DNA of 64,000 nucleotides from Parcubacteria group bacterium M10-OD1-1 (GTDB lineage: Bacteria > Patescibacteriota > Minisyncoccia > Moranbacterales > UBA2206). Below the pieces are notes generated by a model, which saw only the letters and a program-made list of their open reading frames with translations, did no database searches and was not told the origin of the DNA. This document shows, piece by piece, positions 1 to 9,132 of the stretch. Location of the stretch: assembly GCA_003056145.1 (NCBI GenBank), contig LSNL01000006.1, positions 82,192 through 146,191 of the forward strand, read 5' to 3'. Position 1 is the first letter of the stretch; every line of letters begins with the position of its first letter. The translations under genes and the position numbers were made by a program.

Positions 1-229
1 AACCATTAGTTGCTGCTTGTTTATTTGCTAGATATTCCTTAGCTTCTTGTTGTTGTTTAGGAGTAAGTTTATCAAAATCAGCTTGGGTTTTAATATTTTG
101 CAGAAATGCTGGAGCGTCAGGAGGAGCAACTGTTTCATCAGCTTTAGAGCTAGAAACAAAAAAAGCCATTGCAAAAGCAACCGCAATAAGAATTATGACT
201 ACTTTTGTTTTTTTCATTTTGTTTTTTAA
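1..229 (-). CDS. Secreted/exported hypothetical protein, partial (runs off the window start)
   Basis: Minus-strand ATG at 227-229 followed by MKKTKVVIILIAVAFAMAFFVSSSKADE..., a signal-peptide-like N-terminus. The reading frame stays open to position 1. The plus-strand 47..229 ORF on the opposite strand is judged spurious. Confidence 0.5.
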
Positions 230-561
230 AAATATTTAGTTTAAAAACTTATTTTCATTATACTATAAAAAAAATTACCAAAAACAAATTATATAAAGAT
301 CTCAACACTAATTAAGGTTTCGATAAAAATTTAGCTAAATATATATTCTTAGACTTTTTCTATTTTTTATTTTTCAAAGAATTTAAATTTATCTTCTAGA
401 ATATTTCTCTTTAGTTTAATATTATCACAAGAAAAATATACCAGCAAGAAAGTTATCTATAGAATGGTTGTCTTTTATTTTTATCTTATTTTATTTTACC
501 ATAAACTTTTATTCATTCCAAAGGTTTATGAGAAAAAGCAACTGTTTCAAAAATAAATTCT

Positions 562-589
562 CCAAAAACAGGCACCTCTCCGGTGCCTG
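562..589 (-). terminator. Rho-independent terminator downstream of trxA
   Basis: Hairpin caggcacc-tctcc-ggtgcctg (569-589). On the minus strand it is followed by TTTTTGG (rc of 561-568). Confidence 0.5.
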
Positions 590-649
590 TCAGATTTAAA
601 CTATCTTTTCAAGTTTTAGATTATTTTAAATTTCAAAAATATTTTTATC

Positions 650-967
650 TTAATTGAGACTTTCTAATTCTTGCTGTAAAATTTCTTTAGCTTGCACGCC
701 AACAAATTCTTTAACTGCTTTCCCGTCTTTAAATATTTTCAATGACGGAATTGACATTATCCCATATTGAGAAGCTACTTGAGAATTTTCATCTACATTC
801 AGTTTCCCAATTTTAAACTTTTCTTCTAATTCAGTCGCCAATTCTTCAACAATAGGACCCATCATTTGACAAGGACCACACCAAGGAGCCCAAAAATCCA
901 CTAGCACTGGCTTATCGCTTTTTAAAACTTCCTGATCAAAATTCTGATCTGTAAATATTTGTATCAT
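650..967 (-). CDS. trxA: Thioredoxin
   Basis: WAPWCGPC active-site motif in a ~105-aa thioredoxin-length protein from the internal ATG at 965-967. The 1018 start in the ORF track is a TTG. Confidence 0.9.
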   Translation of the reverse strand: MIQIFTDQNFDQEVLKSDKPVLVDFWAPWCGPCQMMGPIVEELATELEEKFKIGKLNVDENSQVASQYGIMSIPSLKIFKDGKAVKEFVGVQAKEILQQELESLN

Positions 968-1032
968 TGTTGTATCCTTTGTTATCCACAGTTTTTTGTA
1001 ATTAAGCTGTAAAAACAAATTAAATTAAAAAA

Positions 1033-1746
1033 TTATTTTCCAAACCTTCTCCCTCGCTTATCATAATCAACTAAGGCTTCTTCTAAACGCTCTTCGTTAA
1101 AATCAGGAAAATTATCTGGAGCAAAATAGAGTTGTGCATCAGCGGTATCCCACATTAGAAAACCATTACTGTTGTGAGGTTCTCCTCCAGTTCTAACCAT
1201 AAAATCCACAGCTGGTAATTTTGCGGTCATTAAATTTTCTTTAATAATCTCCGAAGTAATCTCATATCCCCTTTCATATTTATTATTAATTTTATTGATT
1301 GCTAAAAGCATATCATCTGTTCCAGAATAGGCTAGCATAAAATTCAAAATTCTTTTCTTATAATGTTTGGTCTTTTCAATCGCTTCATAAATTATCTTTT
1401 TTAAAGATTCAGGAAATTGTTCCTCCCAATGTCCAATCACATTAATTCTGACTTCATTTTTATAGATTTCTTTTCCTTCAATAATCCTTTTGAAATATCT
1501 TCTATAAATATCTAGCAATGCTCTTTTTTCAGCAATAGGTCGCTTAATCAGATTATCCATTGAAGATCCCCAAACCGAAAAGCATTTGACTCCTTTCTCT
1601 AACGCCATACTGATTAATTTTTCTAAATTTTTTGCTCCTTCTTCGTGTCCCTCCCAAGGTTTTAAACCCTTAGCTTTAGCCCAGCGCCTATTGCCGTCTG
1701 GAATAATAACAAGATGTTGAGGTATATTGGTTAAAGTATCTTTCAT
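1033..1746 (-). CDS. uppS: Undecaprenyl diphosphate synthase (cis-prenyltransferase)
   Basis: N-terminal IIPDGNRRWAK motif and ~237 aa, typical of UppS. Confidence 0.88.
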   Translation of the reverse strand: MKDTLTNIPQHLVIIPDGNRRWAKAKGLKPWEGHEEGAKNLEKLISMALEKGVKCFSVWGSSMDNLIKRPIAEKRALLDIYRRYFKRIIEGKEIYKNEVRINVIGHWEEQFPESLKKIIYEAIEKTKHYKKRILNFMLAYSGTDDMLLAINKINNKYERGYEITSEIIKENLMTAKLPAVDFMVRTGGEPHNSNGFLMWDTADAQLYFAPDNFPDFNEERLEEALVDYDKRGRRFGK

Positions 1747-1961
1747 TTTTTATAATCTTGAATAGTTCTTCTTAAAAATCTGCTTGTTTAATTATTTACC
1801 AATCAGATTAATAATAACCGAAGTTTCCAAAAGAAGCAATATTCAATTTAATTTTTTACTCTTGAATTTTAATTTAAATGGGTTATAAATAGCTAATCAA
1901 TAAACCTTAATTTTTTTTGAATTCTTTTAACTTCAAACTTTTAAATTTTCCTGTTCCTTTT

Positions 1962-3032
1962 TTAAACTGTTCTTTCTATAACATAGTTAGCAATTCCTTC
2001 TAAAAACTTTCTAGCTTCCTGATTTTGAAATTTCGTTTCTTGGATTGCTGAAAGAGCTTTTGCTACTAATTTTTTTGCTAAATTTTTACAATATTCCAGA
2101 GAACCAGTAATTTCAATAATATTTCTAAATTCTACTATCTCTTTTTTGGTTAATTCTTTATTACCTAAACAATATTTAAGCATTTTCCTTTGCTCTTTGT
2201 TTCCATTTTCTAAAGCCTTAATTAATAAAATTGTTTGTTTCCCTTCAATAATATCTGAACCAACTGGTTTACCAATTTTCTTTTCATCTCCAAAAACTCC
2301 TAAAATATCATCTCTAATTTGAAAAGCTTTTCCTAATGGAAGGGCATATTGAGAAAAATCATCTCTCATATCTTGACTACCACCAGCTAAAATATTTCCT
2401 AGATGAAGAGGTCCTTCAAAAGTATAACGAGAAGTTTTTCCTTCAAACATTCTTAATATTTCCTCTTCCGTAGCATAACCTCTATTTTCCATTACTACAT
2501 CTAACATTTCACCTGGAATAGTTACATAAACAATTTTTTGTAGTTTATCTAAGGCCTGAATAATTGTCTGTGGCGAGAATTTAGCATTAAACATTATTTC
2601 ATTGGCCATGCTAGAAGCTATATCGCCAACTATTAAAGCCATAGAATTTCCAAAATGATTATTATCTTTTTTAGGTGCAATTTTCTGCCCAATTTTTTTA
2701 TATCGTTCGTGAACAGTTGCCACTCCATGTCTTCTAGCATCTCTATCTATGATATCATCATGTATTAATAAAAAACTATGTAATAATTCTATCGCCATAG
2801 AAGCCTCTATTATTTTTTCATCATCTTTCCCCCCGGAAGCCAAATAACCGTAATAAACTAAAGTTGGTCGTATTCTTTTTCCTCCTGACAAAGTAAAATC
2901 TGCAATAGTTTTAACAGCTTGCTCAGCTAAAAAATCAATCTTTCCTGCTTGTTTAGTTTTTTTAGCAAAGTAATCCTTTAAAAAAGGCTCCAATCTCTTT
3001 TGGTAATTTTTAAGCAATTCTATAGCTTCCAT
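1962..3032 (-). CDS. Polyprenyl diphosphate synthase (trans-isoprenyl diphosphate synthase family)
   Basis: First DDxxD motif LIHDDIIDRD and second FQIRDDILG. Chain-length specificity cannot be decided from sequence. Confidence 0.8.
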   Translation of the reverse strand: MEAIELLKNYQKRLEPFLKDYFAKKTKQAGKIDFLAEQAVKTIADFTLSGGKRIRPTLVYYGYLASGGKDDEKIIEASMAIELLHSFLLIHDDIIDRDARRHGVATVHERYKKIGQKIAPKKDNNHFGNSMALIVGDIASSMANEIMFNAKFSPQTIIQALDKLQKIVYVTIPGEMLDVVMENRGYATEEEILRMFEGKTSRYTFEGPLHLGNILAGGSQDMRDDFSQYALPLGKAFQIRDDILGVFGDEKKIGKPVGSDIIEGKQTILLIKALENGNKEQRKMLKYCLGNKELTKKEIVEFRNIIEITGSLEYCKNLAKKLVAKALSAIQETKFQNQEARKFLEGIANYVIERTV

Positions 3033-3068
3033 TTATATCTTTTAAAAATTAAGCTGGCTAAAGTCAAG

Positions 3069-3143
3069 TATCGCTAAGGGGATTTGAACCCCTGTTACTA
3101 GGATGAGAACCTAGCGTCCTAGACCAGACTAGACGATAGCGAC
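3069..3143 (-). tRNA. tRNA-Glu (anticodon CTC)
   Basis: The reverse complement GTCGCTATCGTCTAGTCTGG...CTAGG-TTCTCAT-CCTAG...GGTTCAAATCCCCTTAGCGATA folds as a cloverleaf with a GTTCAAATCC T-loop. No CCA is encoded. Confidence 0.7.
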
Positions 3144-3457
3144 AAAATCTATTAAATTTACAACCTATTATATAATTTAGCAATAATATTAAACTTTATC
3201 AAGTAGTTTTATCTGTCTACTTTCTTAATAACTATTTGGATTATTAGCTTCATTTTTAAAAAATAGATCTTTTGACTTAAATCTCAACTCTACTTCTACG
3301 AATTCCAAAAATCTATTAGCTGTCTGCTAAAAATACTTAAAATTTAATTATCTCTAATTTATTTGTCACTTAGTTCTATTTCGTTTTTAAATAATATAAT
3401 TCGTTATTTTTACTATTTCTTGTTTTATTGCTATAATTAGGACGAAATAAACTTGCT

Positions 3458-5761
3458 ATGCCCAAAAAAAGAATTGCCAAAAAAAATATTTATCTTGAAA
3501 CCTCTTTTGAGGATATTTTAGTTTGTAAAAAAAATAGCCTTAAACCTTTTATGGAGGTTTTTATTCAAAAACCAGAAAATATTACTCAACAAAACTTAGG
3601 TACACTAGCTGGAATTTTTGAAATAACTAATCATTCTGAAAATTCAAGTTACATAGTCAACTATCTCGTTTCTATTATTAAAAAAGAATACTATGCTAAA
3701 AATAAAAGAGGGGCTTTAGAAAGCTTTGAATCAGCTCTTCATAAAGCTAATCTAGCTTTAGCTAAATTAGCCGAGCATGGAAGCGTAGAATGGATCGGAA
3801 AACTAAACGCCGTTATTTTAGTAATAGAAAAAAATAATCTCCACCTTTCTCAAACTGGAAAAGTAAAATCTTTTTTATTAAGAGATCAGACTCTAATTGA
3901 TCTAGACGAAGGAGTTTCAAATCCAAAAATTAACAATCCTTTAAAAACTTTTACAGATGTAACAAGCGGAAGATTGAAAGATCAAGATAAATTTATTATG
4001 ACTACTAATAGTATTTTCGACATCTTACCCACTGAAGAATTAAGAAAAAATGCTCTTAGCTTCTCTTCACTTCAATTTATCCAATTTTTAAAAACCGCTC
4101 TCATTAATGAATTGGAACGAGCCGCTGTTCTAGTTCTAGAGACACAAAAAGTAATCAGAGAAACACCCCCAGTTATCAAAAAACCTGCTCAATTTAATGC
4201 TTTTAGCCAAACTACTTTTAAGCAACCAGCATCAATCCAGAGGTCTTCTCCTCAGCCAAACCCAAACACACCCAAAAGAGATCCTCTCTTTCAAGAGATA
4301 GAGAAAGCTTTAGAGAAAAAAAATGGTGACTTTATTGATAAAAAAACTGGGCATATTTATATTAAAGGAAATTATCCTCTTGATCATTCAGAAAATTCTT
4401 TAATTGGTGAACAGTGGGAAACAATTAAAAATAAAGCTATTGATTTTAATTCATCTTTTTCCGAATTTTTTAAACCTAACCTAAAAAAAGTAGACCTAAA
4501 AAGACTATCAACTAAATTGACAGCTTTTTTCTCAACTAATCAATTGAATTCTTCCATTAAAAAAACTTTTACTCCCTTAAATTTGAGAAAAAAAATTACT
4601 CAGACTAGTTCCTCTTGGAGAAATGTAAAATTAAATAGCTTAGTAGCTACTTTAAAAAATAAGAATTCTCTTCAACTTAAATATTTACGTCGCAAAAATA
4701 ATAGTTTTTCATTATTAACCCAAAAGTTTTTAGCCAAAAATAAACCTCTACTTTCCACTTTTTTCAAAACACTTTTTCAAAAAATAGGTCAAGTTAGCTC
4801 ATCTATTTTTCCTCGCTTTTTTAGAATAAAAAAGATTTTTGCCCAATTAAATTTTTCCCAAAGAATTTATGCTTTTTTAGCATTAATCCTCTTATTAGTT
4901 ATTCCCTATTTTATTGTCAGGAAAGGAAATCAACCTACCTCATCTATTCAGTCTCTGAAAAAAGCTACACTCAAAAACAGTTACCCACTTAGCCAAGATA
5001 AAAAAGTTAAACTCATTACTCAAATTAACTCTCTTTATACTGCTCACCAAACAATTACCAACTTGATAAACTTAAATGGAACAATCTTTGCTATTGAAAA
5101 AAACCAACTAGTTGATATAGAAAATAAAAAAGTTTTTTCTATTCCTAATAATTTTTCTGAACTAAAATTATCCACAGGAATGAATGATTTAAATTTAATT
5201 TTTCTCTTAACTAAAAAAAATATTCTCTTATCTTGGAGTCCAGTATCTAAAAAATTTCAAACCAACACCTTAAATCTCCCTGCTAATAGTCAACTGAGTT
5301 TTATAAAAACTTATTTAACTTATCTTTATGCATTAGATAAAAATAATAATCAAATTTATCGCTTTCCACGAACCGAAGGAGGTTTTGGAACAAAAATAAA
5401 TTGGCTAAAAACAACTCTTAAATTAAACACTACCAGCTCTTTAGCTGTCAGTGATTATATTTTTCTAGTTAATAGTCATCATCTAATTCAACTAAATCAA
5501 GGACGAAAACAAACCTTTAATCTTGAGAAGACAGCTACTCCTATTAGAATTGATACAATCTACACTAAAAGAAAGGATAAGAATATTTATCTCTTAGATA
5601 AAACTAATACTAGGATAGTTAAAGTAGATTTCACTGGAAATATTATAGCTCAATTTTATAATACTAATCTTTCACAAGCAAAGAATTTAGTAGTTGACGA
5701 AAAAAATTCTTTAGTTTATTTCTTAAATAAAAATAGCATCAAAAGTTTTAAGATGAAATAG
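3458..5761 (+). CDS. Large hypothetical protein with a possible degenerate PP2C/PPM-like N-terminal region and one TM segment
   Basis: 767-aa ORF. The N-terminal ~230 aa has PP2C-like gestalt (GKVKSFLLRDQ ~ GDSRAYLLRDG; DKFIMTTNSIFD ~ D-LLLCSDGL), but the canonical DG-GGH metal motif is not seen. A TM helix IYAFLALILLLVIPYFIV follows, then a long N/S/T/K-rich C-terminus. Confidence 0.55.
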   Translation: MPKKRIAKKNIYLETSFEDILVCKKNSLKPFMEVFIQKPENITQQNLGTLAGIFEITNHSENSSYIVNYLVSIIKKEYYAKNKRGALESFESALHKANLALAKLAEHGSVEWIGKLNAVILVIEKNNLHLSQTGKVKSFLLRDQTLIDLDEGVSNPKINNPLKTFTDVTSGRLKDQDKFIMTTNSIFDILPTEELRKNALSFSSLQFIQFLKTALINELERAAVLVLETQKVIRETPPVIKKPAQFNAFSQTTFKQPASIQRSSPQPNPNTPKRDPLFQEIEKALEKKNGDFIDKKTGHIYIKGNYPLDHSENSLIGEQWETIKNKAIDFNSSFSEFFKPNLKKVDLKRLSTKLTAFFSTNQLNSSIKKTFTPLNLRKKITQTSSSWRNVKLNSLVATLKNKNSLQLKYLRRKNNSFSLLTQKFLAKNKPLLSTFFKTLFQKIGQVSSSIFPRFFRIKKIFAQLNFSQRIYAFLALILLLVIPYFIVRKGNQPTSSIQSLKKATLKNSYPLSQDKKVKLITQINSLYTAHQTITNLINLNGTIFAIEKNQLVDIENKKVFSIPNNFSELKLSTGMNDLNLIFLLTKKNILLSWSPVSKKFQTNTLNLPANSQLSFIKTYLTYLYALDKNNNQIYRFPRTEGGFGTKINWLKTTLKLNTTSSLAVSDYIFLVNSHHLIQLNQGRKQTFNLEKTATPIRIDTIYTKRKDKNIYLLDKTNTRIVKVDFTGNIIAQFYNTNLSQAKNLVVDEKNSLVYFLNKNSIKSFKMK

Positions 5762-5771
5762 CTTTTTGATT

Positions 5772-8294
5772 TTACAAAGCTTCTGCTTTTTCTTTGGAGC
5801 TAATACTTCCTATTTTAGCTCTCTCTAATATTTCTCGCTCTACACTTTCCTTAGATCGTCCATATTTAAGTCGAGACAATTCCTTTAGAGCGTTAGCAAC
5901 TTCTTGATCACCAATAGTTGGTGGATAAGTACTAAGACTAAACGGTTTTGGTAGAGAATTATTGATTAAAACTCTGGCAAAGCATTGATAGTTATCAACA
6001 TTAACTAAATCTTTCTTAGAAAAAGTTGGCATAAATTGCTTCTCTAAAAACTCAGCATCTTCTGGACCCACTCGAAAGACTACCATTGATCCAACATTGC
6101 CAAAAACAGCCTTAGAAATTTCTTCTTTTAATTGTCCGATAAATTGGTGCGCTAAAACTAGGCAAAGATGATATTTTCTAGCTTCACTCAATATCTGAGC
6201 AATAGAAATAGTAGTTATATTTTGAAATTCATCCAAATATAGATAAAAATCCTCCCGTTCTTCCTGTGGAATATCTACTCGAGAAAGAGCCGACATTAAA
6301 ATTTTCCCAACAATAATCATTCCCAATAATCTAGCATTAATTTCTCCTATTTTCCCTTTAGAAAGATTAATTAGAAGAATTTTTTTATCGTCCATCACTT
6401 CTCTAAAATTAATAGTACTTTTCTGTTGAGAAATAATTGGACGCATTAAATCATTAGATAGAAAAGCTGTTAGCTTAGAAGTAATATAAGGAACCATATT
6501 AGCTAAAGCGGCTTCCCCTCCTGCTTTCTCAGCTTCTTTGGTCCAAAAATCAATAACTGTTGGATTTTTACATTTACTTAATTTAAGAGCTCTAAATTTT
6601 TCATCCGCTAAAACTTTTGGAATCTCCATCAAAGTTGAACCAGAGGCTGGATCATCCATAATTAAAAGCATTGCGTTTCGCATATATTGTTCAAACATCG
6701 GTCCACCCGTCGCTTTCAAATCATAAAGCTGATCAAATATCCCAATTAATTCATTGATAACAAAAGTTTTTTGTTCTGGATGTTCTGGATCATACTCCAT
6801 TATATTTAATCCGAAAGGACGCTCAATATCAGCTGGATCAAAAAGAATAACATCTTCAGCTCTTTCTTTTGGAATAGCAGCTAAAATATCTTCAATAGCG
6901 TCTCCATGAGGATCAATAAAACAAAATCCTCTGCCTGCTATTGCATCTTGTTTGGCCATTTCTTGAAGAAAATTAGATTTTCCAGCTCCTGTTTGTCCAA
7001 TTGTGTACAGATGGCGACGCCGATCATTACTAGAAATTCTAATATCTGTTTTTACACCCCGATAATCATTATAACCTAATAAAATATTATCTGGACTAGC
7101 AGAAGGAATGTCTACTGGAGGGGGGGCTGCATTTGATTTTAGCCACTTTATTTTTGGCGTTTCTGTAGTAGAAATAGGAAAATGAAAAATACTAGCAATT
7201 TCTTCATTATTTAAAATAATAGCTTCCTCATTAACAAAATTTCTAAAAATATAGTTATAGGCGATATCTCTTTCTTTTACTCTTTTCCAAACTTGAAAAT
7301 AATTAATATCTCCATTTTCATATTGCGAAAAAACATTTTCTATCTGAGCTAAAATCATTTGAGCCCTTTCCTTGGTGTTAGCTGAGGCAATTAACCTAAT
7401 ATTAACTTTAAATCCTGTTTTACTAGCTTTAGTTTCAATATTTTTTACTAATTCTTGCTCTTCTGGTGTTAGCTGAGTAGTTTGAGAATTGTTAGCAAAA
7501 GCATTGTTTTCTTTTCCTGAAGAAACCAAAGTACCAGAAACAACTTGCCCAATTCCAGTTCCAATATGTTGTAAGAGTGTTTTATCAACATCTTTTAATC
7601 TTTTTCCTTGTTGCATCTCGTGAGCAATCCGACGACCTTTAGACCTCCATTTTGAACCAGCTGGATTTAGAACTAATTGAATAGCTGCTCCTTCGCTAGT
7701 TGTTTCTAATTTACTTAAAGCATTAGTAATTGCATTTAAAGGATCTACTTCTAAATTTTCATAAGTTCTAATTGGCAGTGAATATTTATTTTTCAATTTT
7801 ATAATAGAAGCAGCGGTGAAGCTATTAGACGAAAAAATAGTATAGTCCTTAGTTTTTTCTAGAACAGCATTCGGGAAAAAACTATGAATTTGTTTCTCAA
7901 TATTATCTCGAAACTTTTTTGGCATTACTACATAAAATATTATTTCTTCACTATTAGCACTATTAGCCACTTCAAAACTGATACATGGAGAACCATAAAA
8001 TAATCGCTTAAAAAAACTACGCTTATCTTTAATAGAAGCGAAGGCAGTCAATAATTGTTCCATAGAGCCAATTTCTCCTTTCCAGCTTTCGTAATTTTCC
8101 TTATTTTCTAACTCAGCATTTTTTTCTATCTTAGCTACTCTGACTACTTCCAAATCTAAATTCATTGATTGATTAACCTCTGCTCTAAATTTAAGAAAAC
8201 TTTGAATCACCATCAAAGCTCCTGAGACCATCAGGGAAAAGGCTGAAATAAAAATCATTCCTATCAAAAGTAAATTCAAGTCAATCATTGGCAT
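5772..8294 (-). CDS. TrwB/TraD/VirD4-like (type IV coupling protein family) P-loop ATPase with N-terminal TM anchor
   Basis: N-terminal hydrophobic segment. Walker A is GQTGAGKSNF, followed by CFIDPHGD (compare IVDPNGD of TrwB), Walker B YLYLDEFQNI, and VLAHQFIGQL (compare VVAGLQSTSQL). The motif order matches the TrwB_AAD_bind/AAA_10 family. Confidence 0.6.
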   Translation of the reverse strand: MPMIDLNLLLIGMIFISAFSLMVSGALMVIQSFLKFRAEVNQSMNLDLEVVRVAKIEKNAELENKENYESWKGEIGSMEQLLTAFASIKDKRSFFKRLFYGSPCISFEVANSANSEEIIFYVVMPKKFRDNIEKQIHSFFPNAVLEKTKDYTIFSSNSFTAASIIKLKNKYSLPIRTYENLEVDPLNAITNALSKLETTSEGAAIQLVLNPAGSKWRSKGRRIAHEMQQGKRLKDVDKTLLQHIGTGIGQVVSGTLVSSGKENNAFANNSQTTQLTPEEQELVKNIETKASKTGFKVNIRLIASANTKERAQMILAQIENVFSQYENGDINYFQVWKRVKERDIAYNYIFRNFVNEEAIILNNEEIASIFHFPISTTETPKIKWLKSNAAPPPVDIPSASPDNILLGYNDYRGVKTDIRISSNDRRRHLYTIGQTGAGKSNFLQEMAKQDAIAGRGFCFIDPHGDAIEDILAAIPKERAEDVILFDPADIERPFGLNIMEYDPEHPEQKTFVINELIGIFDQLYDLKATGGPMFEQYMRNAMLLIMDDPASGSTLMEIPKVLADEKFRALKLSKCKNPTVIDFWTKEAEKAGGEAALANMVPYITSKLTAFLSNDLMRPIISQQKSTINFREVMDDKKILLINLSKGKIGEINARLLGMIIVGKILMSALSRVDIPQEEREDFYLYLDEFQNITTISIAQILSEARKYHLCLVLAHQFIGQLKEEISKAVFGNVGSMVVFRVGPEDAEFLEKQFMPTFSKKDLVNVDNYQCFARVLINNSLPKPFSLSTYPPTIGDQEVANALKELSRLKYGRSKESVEREILERAKIGSISSKEKAEAL

Positions 8295-8356
8295 TAAAGT
8301 TAAGTTCTATATCTATATTCATATTTATATTAAATCAGTTGCTAAACAAAGCTAAT

Positions 8357-8812
8357 TTATATTTCTTTAATTAAGCCTTTTTCAATTAAAGCCTGATGTA
8401 ATTCCTCGCCCATTAAACGATCATGAAATTCATCTAAAGTGTAGTTATCTTCTAAATGTCTGGCCACTTTAACAGCATGAGGAATGCCTTTCTGTTCTGC
8501 TAAATTCACCAAATTAGTAATCTTACTCTCTTTATCTATCTCAGCATCGACTTTTTTAGCATCATTATCTACAGATTGAGGACTATGAATAAGTTGTTTT
8601 TTAGCTGGCATTTTAGCTAATATTTTAGAATAAGCTATTTCTTTCTCTGCAAATCCTTCTTTTCGTTCTGATTTACCTTCTATAAAATGCGGAGCAACAA
8701 CTTTTTTTTCATGACTAACTTTGTTAGTTTTATCATCACCAATAAATTTTTCTTTCAAATTAAGATCTTCTTCTTGAATTGGTTCTAAATTAGTTTTTTT
8801 TTCTTCAGCCAT
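8357..8812 (-). CDS. Hypothetical charged protein
   Basis: 151-aa ORF with an ATG start, in the operon with the ATPase. Confidence 0.5.
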   Translation of the reverse strand: MAEEKKTNLEPIQEEDLNLKEKFIGDDKTNKVSHEKKVVAPHFIEGKSERKEGFAEKEIAYSKILAKMPAKKQLIHSPQSVDNDAKKVDAEIDKESKITNLVNLAEQKGIPHAVKVARHLEDNYTLDEFHDRLMGEELHQALIEKGLIKEI

Positions 8813-8829
8813 AGTATTAAAATATTATT

Positions 8830-9090
8830 TTATTTATAATCCTCTAATTCATCTTTGATCTCTTGTTCTACTTGAGTGACAATAGTCTGAAATATTTTTT
8901 CGTAATTACCAACTTTAGTTTGAAATAATTTTTTTATTTCTGTTTCACTATAATTTTGATCAATCATTTTCTGCAGTTTATCAACAAAAGCTCGTCCCTT
9001 TTCCTTTTCTAACCATAATAAAAATCTTTCTGTAACAACTTCTTCAAAATCATCTTCTAATGAATTTTTAATTAATTTTTTATTTAACAT
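8830..9090 (-). CDS. Hypothetical small acidic protein
   Basis: 86-aa ORF with an ATG start, tightly spaced in the operon. Confidence 0.45.
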   Translation of the reverse strand: MLNKKLIKNSLEDDFEEVVTERFLLWLEKEKGRAFVDKLQKMIDQNYSETEIKKLFQTKVGNYEKIFQTIVTQVEQEIKDELEDYK

Positions 9091-9132
9091 TATTTTAACA
9101 ATTTTTATTAACTACTTGAAAAGATGATTCAA

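Noticed and set aside
47-229. Plus-strand 60-aa ORF at the window start
   Set aside because: The opposite strand carries a convincing signal-peptide gene starting at ATG 227-229 and running off the window edge. The plus ORF has a Cys/Arg/Phe-rich junk-like translation.
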